The position numbers and the translations under genes are program-made. DNA of 64,000 nt from Phaeosaccion multiseriatum (Eukaryota > Protista > Ochrophyta, other classes), in the NCBI GenBank assembly GCA_965112735.1, contig OZ218952.1, forward strand, positions 2,294,001 to 2,358,000, in the 5' to 3' direction. The stretch's first letter is position 1. Each line of letters begins with the position of its first letter. Positions 15,747 through 26,759 of the stretch are shown here, one piece after another. Under the pieces are notes generated by a model that saw only the letters and a program-made list of their open reading frames with translations, was not told the DNA's origin and made no database searches.

Positions 15747-17053
15747 TCAAGCCGTCTTGGTCTTCCCTCCCTCCCCAACCCCAGCTGCAGCAGTCTCCAC
15801 TGCTTCCTCTGCTTTCTCTGCGACCGCCTTGCCCTCTTTGCTCTCTTCTACTGCTCCTGTCGCCGCCTTACCTTCCCCGTCCCCTGCGGCGGCACCGCTG
15901 GCACCACTCGCGGACGCGGAGGGAGCAGCCGTCGGGGTTGTGACCCCGTCTAGCTTTGTAACGGCCGTCTCGAGCTTCCCATCCCACATCCGATCCAGTG
16001 CCTGCAGATTGTTGTTGGTGAGGAGGCGTATGGCCCTCCAGCAGTACAGCTTGTCGTTCTTGGGGTGATATTCCTCCTCCACGCCGGACTCAGGGTCCAT
16101 GCAGTCAATGAAATACTCTAGGAACTCCTGCGGAAGCAATGGAGGAAAAAGAACAAAGCGAAGTGATCGAGACGGGACGGAGCGAGCAGTGAGGAACTAG
16201 CAAGAGCACACAGACAGACAAAGACACACACACACCACAAACACACACACACACACACACACACACGCAAACGCTGTAGGCGAGAGGGGGCGTCGGCATG
16301 TGTGGGGACGTAGTCGGGCGACAGACGGAAGCATTCCATGGAAGCATTCCGTGGAAGCATTCCATGGAATGCATTCCTCTCCTCCAGCATCAGCACACAC
16401 GCTCTTCTCGCTGCATACCCTTTGTCTTGACACCTGGCGTGACCTGACACTCTGTCACCGAATACTTATACAATCTTATGTAAGCTTACCATGTCCTTTG
16501 GCACTTTGGCCTTAACCTGCGCAGACACGCCTGGCAGCTCCTCCATAGTCAGCTTGCCCCCCACCGCCCCGCCCCTGACACCGCCCACAACGGGAGAGAC
16601 CTTCCTCCTTCGCTTGGCCCCAGTGCTGCCTTCCGCCGAAGCGCCCCTTACCCCTACCCCTCCTCCTCCTCCTCCTCCTCCTCCTCCTCCTCCTCCTCCT
16701 CCTATCCGCTCCCCAGCCCTTGTGCGCTTGGCTCTGAGGGATCCTCCTCCTGCTGCTGCTGCTCCTGCTACTGCTGTTGTTGTTGTCGCGTACTTCTCAT
16801 ACGGTGGGCAGCCCTCCGCCTTCCAGCTCACCCAGTTGCCTGTTGTGAATCCGGTCAGAAGCAGTGGCGGGGGCGAGAGGAGGGGGCGGTGATATTCGAC
16901 AAGAGAGTGAGTGGCATTAGGGATTGGTGAGTGAGGAACGGAGCCGGCACACTCCCACTGGACAAGGGCGTGTCCACAGGGACGGGCACAGACTTCATAC
17001 ATGAGCAACATCGCGCAAAATAGTTGCTGACCACGTTCACACACACGCACACG

Positions 17054-17086
<33 letters not shown>

Positions 17087-17928
17087 CACCCACCGTCTCT
17101 CTGCAGCACGTTGTCCAACATGACGAGGTACTCCTTCCCATTAGGCGGGGTGCGCTCCATGAGCTGACGGGCCCTCTGCACCAACTGCGGCAGTTGGTCA
17201 TCCAGCTTAATGTCAGGGCTGAAGTTCTTCTTCGACTGGCGGAAGCTCCTTAGTGTCTGGGAACAACACAGGACGGGCGCAGCAGCAGTAGTTGGCGATA
17301 CAGCAGCTACAGCAGCACAGAATCGCCCCAGCGCCAGCGCCACCGCCAAAGCTACCTAAGGTTCCTCTCCCCCCCTCCCTCCCGCCCCTCCCCCCCTTCC
17401 TCCCTCCCTCCCTCCCGCCCCTCCCCCCCTTTCCCCCTCCCTCCCTCCCCTCTTCCCTTCTCACCTTCGCCAAGATCAAGAGCTGCGTGAGCAAGTGCAA
17501 CCGAAGGTTGGGGTCGCGCAGCTGTAACCGTAAAAGCCGCGAATTAGTCAAATACTTGCAACCAAAGTAGTCACGGGTCAGGTCCCCGCCTCCCTCTGCT
17601 GTCCCCCCCGCCTCGCCCTGACCCGATCCCCCTTCCCTGAAAGTCCCAGCCGCCGGCGTACCATCCTCCTCTCCTCCTCTTCCTCCCCCCCCCCCCTCCT
17701 TGTCCTTCAGGGTCTGCTGCTGTCTCCACTTCTCACGTGCAACACGTAAGTCTTGCTCTCGAAAGGCGTTGCCTTCAAAGGCGGACAACACCTTGCCAAT
17801 GTCCTGATGTGTTGAAAAAGGGGGAGGAATGGAGAACAACCAAAAGGGTTGAGAGAGAGATGAGAGGGGGGGGGGGGGGGCGAGAGAGAGGGAGAGAGAG
17901 GGAGAGAAAGAGAAGAGAAAGAGAGAGA

Positions 17929-17972
<44 letters not shown>

Positions 17973-18659
17973 GAAAGGGATGAACAGCGAAGAGAGGCAC
18001 AAGACGTAACTCAGCCCCCCTCCTAAGAATGAAACTGACTACACTGCAACTCCTCCAAAAACACCCCGCAAGGTAGAAATGATCGCACATTGTGTCGTTG
18101 GAGACTTGCACACCCCCTACCTCCCCTACTCACCCACTCAAAAACACCCCACAACAACCCACCCAGTCACTCACTCACTCTCTCATCCCCTCTCCCTCCC
18201 TCTCCCTCCCTCTCCCTCCCTCCCTCGCTCCCTCGCTCCCTCTCTCTCTCTCTCCCTCCACTCTCTCCCTCTCTTCCCTCCCTCCCTCACCATGATCATT
18301 TGGTCCCACATCTCTACGCTGTACACGGTCGGCTCTGGCTCCACGAGCCTCCTCTGTAGCTCCCAAAACGTCTTGTAAAGAGAGTAATCAATCGAAACCC
18401 CGCCTCCTCCACTGCCCCCCTGCCCCTCCCCCCCTTCCCCGCTGTCAATGTTCATCCTGGTGGCCGCTGCGTGCTCTCCTATGGGGTCATCCAGCAGTAC
18501 TCCTCCTCCACCGAAGCCCATGGCGCCTCCCACGAACTGCTCTTCTCCCTCGAAGGTCGTCACGTTGTCGACGTTGTACTTTGCGTTGGCATTCAGACCA
18601 CTCCTTTCGCTGGGGGGGGGGGGGAGAATGTGACGATGATGATGATGATGATGATGATG

Positions 18660-18699
<40 letters not shown>

Positions 18700-20769
18700 G
18701 ATGATGAGGGTGATGACGATGATGAGTAAAATTGGCGTTATAGGGGGGTGCGTTCGTTTGTTGGTTGGTGGGTGGGTTGGAGGGTTGGGAGGCGGGAGGC
18801 AGGGGGCGGGCGGGGAGAGAGAGAGTGGGGTGAGTGGGCACGAAGAAGCTACAAGAGCACACAAGGGGGGAGGGGGGCGGCGGGGGGCGTGTTCAATACC
18901 AAGTCCCTCCTTGCTCGGCCAGTTGGGCTCGCTGCTGGGTTAGAGCTAGATGAAGGGGAGGGGAAAGGAGGGGTCAGTAAGTAGATGGAAGGGGTGAGTG
19001 ACGCACCTGAGCGGGTAGGCGGAGGCGAGGAACATGAGCACGCGACCACAGAACACCGTGTCGTGCATCTTGCTCAGCTTGCGCAAGAGGCCGTTACACA
19101 GACGCAGCAGGATGAGCTTTCCGCGCTTGAAGAGACCGCTGAGACAGAGGGAGAGAGAGGGAGTGGGGAGGGGAGGGAGAAAGAGAGAGAGACGACATCA
19201 TTGCACCGCTCGCTGGTTCGCCAGATTGGCACAGAACTCACATGACCCACCCATGCATCCATCCACCCACCCACCCCACCCACCCATCCACCCCACCCAC
19301 CCATCCACCCATCCACCCATCCACCCACCCCAACCCCCATCCGACGCCACGTGTATCGAGGCATGCTTGACTGACTCACGCTTTGGTGAGGGTGCCGGTG
19401 TGGCACTCCAGCCAGCCCCAAATGTGCTTGCAGTTGTCGGTATTCTGGCCGTCCAGGAGGTCTTCAAACAAGAGAAACGGGATCCTCCCTGTCGCAGGAG
19501 GGACTTGTCCTTCTGTCATGCTGTTTGTGTTTGCAAGCGGTTTGGGTGGTGGGGGTTCAAGAGAAGAGAAGACAAAAGGGGATGGACGGACGGACGGGGC
19601 ACACACATGCCACGGGCACGAGTTTGAGTTTGACGGAAAGGGTGGGGGAGGCACGGCGGTACATCGGTCTCACACTCACTCACTCACTCACTCCCTCCCT
19701 CCCTCATTCACTCAGTAGCTTCCTCATTCGTTACTTCCTCACTCCTTCATTCCCTCACTCACTCACTCACTCACTCACCCACTCACTCACTCACTCACTC
19801 ACTCACCAGCTCTCCACCTCGGTGAGTGCGTATTTGATGGCGAATTCGATGAAGGCCCTTAGCCCTGAGGCCTCGATGGGGCTGTCAGAGGCCATCATGT
19901 CCAGCACCTTTGCGTGCTGCGCCTGACGAAAGACTGTCGGTCGAGCGAGAGGATGCGCAAGTAGAGCATGCCAGAAGAACGACGCAGAGGATGCAAGAAG
20001 GAGGTTGAGTAGGCGTGGGAGTGGGAGTTGGATCAGTGGAGGGGAATCGAGGGTCACAGGAGGGAAGGAGACGAGAAGAAGCGGGGATTGAAAGGCAAGG
20101 AGAGCGGATGAAGGTGTGTGGCTCAGGGGCTGTGCTTTGGCAAGTGTCAAGGGGCGACCAAGAGGGGGTGAACCCTCAAGGGAGTCCTTCTTCCTTCGTC
20201 TCCTCTCTCTTTCCTCTCCACCTCTGCCTTTCCTACTGAGTCCCGTCGTCTCCTCTCTCGCTCCTCTACTTTCTTTCCGCCTCTGTCAGTGCGTTCCACA
20301 TGAGCTCACTCACCCAGCTCCAAGTCTGTGACGAGCTCATCAGGAAATTTGTCCTCACCCGCGGCGCTCCCGTACCCTGTGTGAATGAAAGAGAGAATTC
20401 GCCCGTGGGGCGTGAGGGAGCTTCTTTCGGCGGACAGAGACAGGTAGCCACGGCTGGTCCCCATGCGAACAAGAGCACACGAGGAGGGGCGTGGGCACAA
20501 AAACAAAGACAGAAATAGCCAAGAAGGATATGAAAAGAAGGAGTGTTCATCGTCCCCTCCTCCCCGCCCAGTAGCTCAAGTGCCCCTCTTCCAAGCAGCG
20601 ACGCCTTACATGTGCGGTCAGCCCTGAGCTTCTGCACAGCTCGTGACAATGCCTCTCCGTCCATATCGCAACGCTGCATCTCCTCCTTGATGCCCTGCAG
20701 CCGCTCCTCGAGTGGCTTGACCACCACCTCCTCCTCCACCTGCTGCTGGCCATCCACCTTCTCCGTCAT
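15747..20769 (-). CDS. THOC1: THO complex subunit 1 (Hpr1 homolog), multi-exon
   Basis: Conserved blocks across exons: IPFLLFEDLLD, GKLILLRLCNGLLRKLSKMHDTVFCGRVLMFLA, ERSGLNANAKYNVDNVT, IDYSLYKTFWELQ, KYLTNSRLLRLQLRDPNLR, PPNGKEY...NWVSWKAEGCPPYEK, MDPESGVEEEYHPKNDKLYCWRAIRLL. Start taken as MTEKVDG. Confidence 0.93.
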
Positions 20770-21287
20770 GACTAGCAAAAGCAAGAACAAGAACAAGAAC
20801 AAGAACAAGACAACAAACCACACAATCTGAGGGGGGGCTGGGCGAGTATATCCAGCGGTGTGACGGATACCATATGGAAAGACAAAGGGGTGAGCTTACC
20901 AACCGCAATAGGCAGCCGGTCTCGGGGAGCTGGATCTCCCAGCGAAGAAGAAGAGCAGCACCGATCAAGGAAAAAGAAGGGGTGAATCAAGGGAGATCGG
21001 GAGGGGAGGGATGGGGAGGAGGAAGAGGATGAATGGTGAATATCTCGGTATGGAAACCCTGGTCAAAACCTCCACCTACTTCTCACGCTGAACTTAATTT
21101 TTGTTGGGCCTCTCTACTCACTCTGTGGCCACTCCAACCTGGAGGACCTTTGCATCTACTCTACCCCCCTCTAGTGATATCCTGCTGGTGATAGCCATCG
21201 GGGGGGAGGTGAATCTACCCCCTCTCCCTCCTCTTCCCCGGCTGGCCTCTCCTTCTCGAGTATCACCTCCACTCTGGCTGGGCACGC

Positions 21288-22389
21288 ATGGCGAGAGTCA
21301 AGCAGCAGTCTAAGAAAGGCAAAGGCATAGTAGGAGGCCCAGATCGGAGCGGTGGAGGCAGCAGCAGGGGCCGGCCTGGGGCCGACAAGAGCCCGAAGCC
21401 CAAGTGAGTGCGAAATCTTTCTGTGCGTGGGTTGACAGTGTGCTTTGTAACGTCACCCAGAAGCGCCAAAGACCATTTTGCTTCACCACTTTTGTGCATA
21501 TCCTGACGGATGCTTCATGTTACCAGAGGCGTGTGTTGCAATGGGGATGCTGCCGTCAAATGGGGGTTCTTCCTGTCCTCCAGGAGGGCTCTGGCTCTAA
21601 GTAAAACCAGGGATGAGGGATTAAGAAAATGGAGAGGCCCACTATAGTGCTCTGTGACCGACATGGCCCGATATTTTCGTCGCCTCACCCCTCTCACTCG
21701 TCCCCTCAACCAACCCTTGCCGCTATTCGCTCGTCCAGGGCGGCCAGGCAGCAGCAGCAGCAGCCTCAGGTGCACCGACGGAGACGTCCTGGGGAGGCAG
21801 CTCTCAAGGAGATTAGAAGGTATCAGCGTGGGACGGAGCTTTTAATACGCAGGCTTCCTTTCGCCAGGCTGGTGAGTGGCAGAGCACTGGGGAGGAGGAG
21901 CCGCTGGCTCTCCCTTCTGAGGATGATTCGTTTAGCCACCTCTGCTCGCCTCATCCTTCCCTCTCTCTCTCTCTCTCCCTCCCCCACTCTCCCCATCACG
22001 CACCCTCACCAGTTCCCCACTCACCCCATCCCTCACGCACGCATTCACCCTCCTGTACCCCCCCATCCCTCCCTCTCAGTTACTCACGCACTCCCTCCCT
22101 CACTCCCTCCCACCTCTCATGCACCACCTCTCCCCTCCCACGCACCCCACGCCACCCCTCCCTCTTCCTTCTGCAGGTGAAGGAAATATGCCAAGACATG
22201 TGGACAGAGACTGGGCCCGCGTACCGCTTTCAGGCGAGTGCAATTTTGGCTATGCAGGAGGCAGCAGAGGCGCATTTGGTCGGCTTGTTCGAGGATGCGA
22301 ACATTGCGGCCATCCATGCCAAGCGGGTCACCATGCAAGTGAAGGACATACAGCTAGCACGCAGGATCAGAGGCCAGGCGAGGGAGTGA
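21288..22389 (+). CDS. CENH3: Centromeric histone H3 variant (exons 21288-21403, 21739-21871, 22177-22389)
   Basis: MARVKQ start with a divergent tail, then histone fold [30 protein letters not shown]|[19 protein letters not shown]...IHAKRVT...[14 protein letters not shown]3 hallmarks: loop 1 four residues longer than H3, H3-Q68 replaced by A, H3-T107 replaced by A. Confidence 0.88.
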
Positions 22390-22402
22390 CCATCCCCAAT
22401 GG

Positions 22403-23651
22403 TCACAAGGGCAAAGACGAAACTTTATAAAGGGGGTTGGGTTTATCGCCGCCGAGCAGACCACAAAACCGAGAACAGAGAGAGTGAGAGCGAGAATTTG
22501 CTTGCGCATCAACAGGAGACTGAAAATGGGCTAATCGGTTTACATAAGACGGGGGGGGGTTGGAAGTAATGAAGCTTTCTTTGTTTGTAGAGAGAATATG
22601 CACCAAACATAGAAAGTGTTGTGTTGCAGTGTTCCGATCTCTTGGTGGGGGGCTTCTCGCCAAAGGTGCACTTGGAAACAGACGCGGCCCCCGAGTCCCG
22701 TGTCTCGGCCATGTGTCCAACGACCCTCTGCAGCTGCTTTCGCTCCATACGCTTGCGCGTTTCATTCTTGTCGAGCCGCTCATGGGCACGTCTTCTTGGC
22801 CTTCCCTAATCTCTCGAAGGCCTCGCCTCCCGGCCCTGGCGCCCTGCTGTTGAACCCACCGAAGCCGCTGTCGCCTCCTTCTCCTCCTCACATACTTGTC
22901 GTTGTGGGCCTGAGGGAGGGAGGGAGGGAGGGAGTAAGTGAGTAGGGAGTGCTTCAGTGAGAGGGTGGGTGGGTGAGTGGGTGAGTGATAGAGAGGGGGG
23001 GGAGTGAGTGAGTGCATACGTGAGTGAGCGAGTGCAAAAGCGAGTGAGTGAGCGCTTCAGTGAGAAATGAGGGAGTGAATGGGTGGGTGGGTAGGTGAGT
23101 GGGTGAGAGAGGGAGGGAGAGAGGAAGCGGGTGCTTCAGTGAAGAACTGCATACGCGAGTGTGTGCTTCTGTGAGTTGAGTAAGTGAGTGAGAAGAAATG
23201 CCCTCCTCGCTCAGCCCCCCAAAGGCAAGGAACTCACTTGGTACAGCTCTGCTTGGGTTTGTGCTGGACTGTTGGCTGCTGCACTCATGAATTCATCATA
23301 GTACTCGAGTGGAGAAGACCTGCGTGGCGCCCTCGACGCGCCAGCCGACCCTGCGCGTCTAGACACGTGGTTCAGACAGACCGCACAGAGAGCACGGAGA
23401 GTACAGAGGGCATAGGCAGTATTGGCCCCTCCGCCTCGCTCCGCACACCTGCTAATGCTTGAGGTCTCGAATGATCTTTCCTCCTGCTTCTTGAGCTGCT
23501 GGGGGTCAGGACAACAGCAACACTGAGCAGTAGGAGGGAGCTGTAAGGCACTCAGTATCGGGGGCTCAACATTCAGTATGCTGACACCTTACCTTGGCCG
23601 CAGCACTATCACGCCTCCAGGGCCAGCGCCTGCAAGGCTCTGCACCCGCAT
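22403..23651 (-). CDS. Possible small spliced hypothetical gene
   Basis: Good donors (GTAAGG near 23592, GTGAGT near 23238) and an acceptor near 22910 link MRVQSLAG...LRPR, ...LEYYDEFMSAAANSPAQTQAELYQ and AHNDKYVRRRRRRQRL.... No recognisable domain. Confidence 0.3.
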
Positions 23652-23924
23652 CCCGCGGCTTGTCAGGCACAGGGTCGAGGTGGCCTCTTGTAGGTGGTGC
23701 TGTCTCCCTCCCAGATGCACACCAACACAATCAAGTTTGCTGCATGTTCCGCCGAGAGAGTCCAGTGTTGTTTGTGTGTGTGTGTGTGTGTGTGCATGTG
23801 TGACTTTGTGTCCGTCGCTCACAGCTCGACCCTTGAGCCCGGGGAAAGCATCTTCTCACTGACCCAGCGCCCTTTCCTTTACGAAGCTACTGTGCCTCCT
23901 ATTGCTGTATTGCTGGTCCCCCTC

Positions 23925-24807
23925 TTACGAAGCTGAGGGTACGTCGGGCGCGTCTGCCCCAGCAAAGTAGCCTCTGACCACCTTAAAGCCGTTCGGCGCC
24001 TGCTCCAGTGGCTCCAATTGGAAGAGTGCAGAGTCCCCAACCTGTTTCGACATAAAGTACGTGCAGCTCCGGCCCTCACTGGGCTCATAGGGAGGCAGAA
24101 CGAAGTCGAGCACACACGCTCCGTTTGGGCCTGCCGTAAGCTCATGCAGGTTTCCCTTGTTGGGGAACAGCACATTGGTGGAAGGGGCGGTGCAGCATTC
24201 TTCGCAAAGTAAGGCCCTCCCACGTTGGCCCTCCCACGCCCGTTCAGGTTGCTTTTCTGGCGTCCAGTCAAAGCTCTTTATCACGAGTGAGCCGCTCACC
24301 AATCGCGATACGACGCTCATGTGTGGGTGGTCATGGAGCGGAATGCTCACTCCAGGCGGAAGAACAAAGATACCAAAACAGTAAGAGGGGGTCTCCGCGA
24401 TGTGCACATAGCGGACGTTTTGGGCAGAGCTGGGCAGTACCGTGAGGTGGGCGCTGTCACTCGGCACCCCGAGGTTCTCTGCTGTCATCTCTTCGACGGC
24501 GGACCGGAGACGGGTCACCTGTAGCGTACAAGCAACAGAGAGGCGCGGTGTAGGCGGCGAAAATCAGTGACGAGGGAAGCTCGAGTCTAAATGGGAAGGG
24601 GAAAAATATACCTGTCCTATAGCTCTATCACTCCCGTATGCTCCTTTGCCACTTCCTTCTAGTCTTTTTTTTTCTCACCTCCTCCTCCAAAGGCAGGTTT
24701 TGATTGGCTAGGTCTTCCAGCACATCCACGAGCTCCCTAGTGGCCGGTGTACTATGTACTCTATCAATGCATGGCGGATCAACTCGCGACTCCATGAAGT
24801 TTCCCAT
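23925..24807 (-). CDS. Plant cysteine oxidase / cysteamine dioxygenase (PCO_ADO family; exons 24807-24679, 24518-23925)
   Basis: YVHIAETPSYCFGIFVLPPGVSIPLHDHPHMSVVSRLVSGSL (HxH iron ligands), NLHELTA (third His), LDFVLPPY and RSCTYF. Phase-0 intron with a 129-nt first exon. Confidence 0.9.
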
Positions 24808-24951
24808 GCTGTAATTCTCGTAATATCTATCTTTCTCTCTCTTTCTTAAAATGGTGCTCGCATTGCTGTATTACCAAATGCCAAAGGAAGTATACAATCG
24901 TACAACATAGAAAAAACAGAGAAGAAACGAAGAAACCAAGAAGAGGAGGAT

Positions 24952-25920
24952 ATGAAGAAGAAGACTTCTACAACCAGCACAAAGAAGAAAAAAGCGCCTG
25001 CAAAAAAGGAAGCAGGAGGCAGGAAGCAGAAGGCAAAAAAGGGGAATGGCTCAGAGGTCTGTCCTTCAAGGGCTTCGGCCAAGGGGGCGAAGAAGAAGAG
25101 TTCTTACGAGGATGCGTCGGTGCAGACGCTGATGAACCTCGTGAGGTGGGGGAAAACAAAGCCACCTTCGTCCCTCCCAACCGATGATACGATATACCGT
25201 TCGAAGGACCCTATCAAGCTCTTCGAAAAGATATGGGAGAAGCACAGTATGAAGAAGAGCCAACTAAAGGCCATAGAGTGGCCGAGTGGAGACAGGAGAC
25301 CTTCCAAGCGCACACTCCTCCACTATGCGGCTCAGAACGATCACGTGGCTACGGTTTCCTTTCTTCTCGACAAGGGGGCCAGCGTGAAAGTGACAGATGC
25401 TTTCGGTTGGACACCTCTGATCTTGGCCTCTTGTAGCGGGAATGTTCGGGTTATTAACCTGCTCCTGGCCAAGAATCCCAAGTCGATCAACGACAAGGAC
25501 GAGGACGGCATGACGGCATTGCATTGGGCGGCGAGGAGTGGAAGGGACGATGCAGTCACGCACCTGATGCAGGAGGGAGCAGATGGGAACAGCCAGACTA
25601 AGAGCGGCTTTACACCCCTTCATGTCGCAGCGTTCAACGGCAGGACGCACGCCGTGGCGAGGCTCCTCCAGGGAGACAAAAACCACCCTCTTCTCCGGGC
25701 AAACCCTCTTCTCCAGGATGCAGAAGGCAACACAGCTTTGCATGACGCTGTATCCCAAGGATGCCAGACCGTCATTGCTGCCCTTGTGGGCAACAAGAGA
25801 GGTGGGCCAGCCCTCCTTCAAGTGCCAAACGAGAAGGGCCTCACGCCAAGAGACAAAATTTCACCTACTCTGTTGGACAAGGCAATCATTGCTCATGAGC
25901 AGGCCCTCAATGCGGCATGA
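24952..25920 (+). CDS. Ankyrin-repeat protein, intronless, 322 aa, Lys-rich N-terminus
   Basis: About five ankyrin repeats: TLLHYAA, GWTPLILAS, GMTALHWAA, GFTPLHVAA, GNTALHDAV. Confidence 0.9.
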   Translation: MKKKTSTTSTKKKKAPAKKEAGGRKQKAKKGNGSEVCPSRASAKGAKKKSSYEDASVQTLMNLVRWGKTKPPSSLPTDDTIYRSKDPIKLFEKIWEKHSMKKSQLKAIEWPSGDRRPSKRTLLHYAAQNDHVATVSFLLDKGASVKVTDAFGWTPLILASCSGNVRVINLLLAKNPKSINDKDEDGMTALHWAARSGRDDAVTHLMQEGADGNSQTKSGFTPLHVAAFNGRTHAVARLLQGDKNHPLLRANPLLQDAEGNTALHDAVSQGCQTVIAALVGNKRGGPALLQVPNEKGLTPRDKISPTLLDKAIIAHEQALNAA

Positions 25921-26281
25921 GAGAGACGGCACTCGCCAGGTATGCCTGAGAAGAGAGAAGGGTGAAGGAATGGGTTTAGGGATAGATCGTTTATGCATAG
26001 ATGCTTGCTCGCTCCGTCGGGGAGTGAATGCCCTTGAATATTACGGATCGGCGAGAAAGGCAGGGATCACGTTGCGCTGATGGGGAAGAAGCGGCGCACC
26101 GTGTCTCCTCCTCGGGGGGGAAGGCGGGAGGGCAAGGAGAGGAGCAGCCCCGCGGCCGCTGGTGAGGAGCGAGCAAGAGTAAGTGAGACAAAAAAGGGTG
26201 AAAAGGACAGCCCGTGAATCATTGAATGTACAAAGTGTGTGCAGGGTAGGCAAGAGTAGCAGCGAATTGGCTTTTCTTTCT

Positions 26282-26490
26282 AACACTCGATTTGCGTACA
26301 TGTAAGAATCGCCCAAAGCACCCTTTTTTGGGGGTCGGGCGGCAAGGAGGAGTGCTCCTGCGGAAATGCTGAAAACTAGGGAAGGAAAGTATGTGTCGGT
26401 AGGCATCTCCAAGAACTACACCAAGAGCTATAGCACTTCTCCCAGCGTCATTTTGCGGAGTTCGTCCAAAAATTACGCAAATCGAGTGTT
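26282..26490. mobile_element. MITE-like element, family A copy 1
   Basis: Perfect 17-bp inverted repeat AACACTCGATTTGCGTA (26282-26298 / 26474-26490). Internal blocks AGAATCGCCC, TAGGCATCTCCAAGA and GAGCTATAGC.CTTCTCCCAGCGTCATTTTGC are shared with 60080-60283. Confidence 0.7.
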
Positions 26491-26759
26491 TTTTAAAATG
26501 AAATCAGTTTTAATTGAAAAAAAGTATCAGAATACATAATGAAAGGGAAGAGAAGAGTTTTCCAAGCCAACAAGAGAATTTTGCCCCACCCCTCCTTCGC
26601 TCTTCTCTTGGGACTCATGTATTTGCCCATTTCCATTGATATATTCCAAAGCGCTCTCTTCTCCAATTTCTAATTTCGTGTCTTTGTGACGTTTGACAAG
26701 GAGCGAGACTGCCTTGTCAGAGCTCCTCTACCCGAATGCAACCCTCTTCGCTTAACTCC

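Noticed and set aside
21584-21600. 17-nt micro-exon in CENH3 that would add an H3-like KRALAL
   Set aside because: Including it shifts the frame. Direct splicing 21403 to 21739 is phase-compatible.
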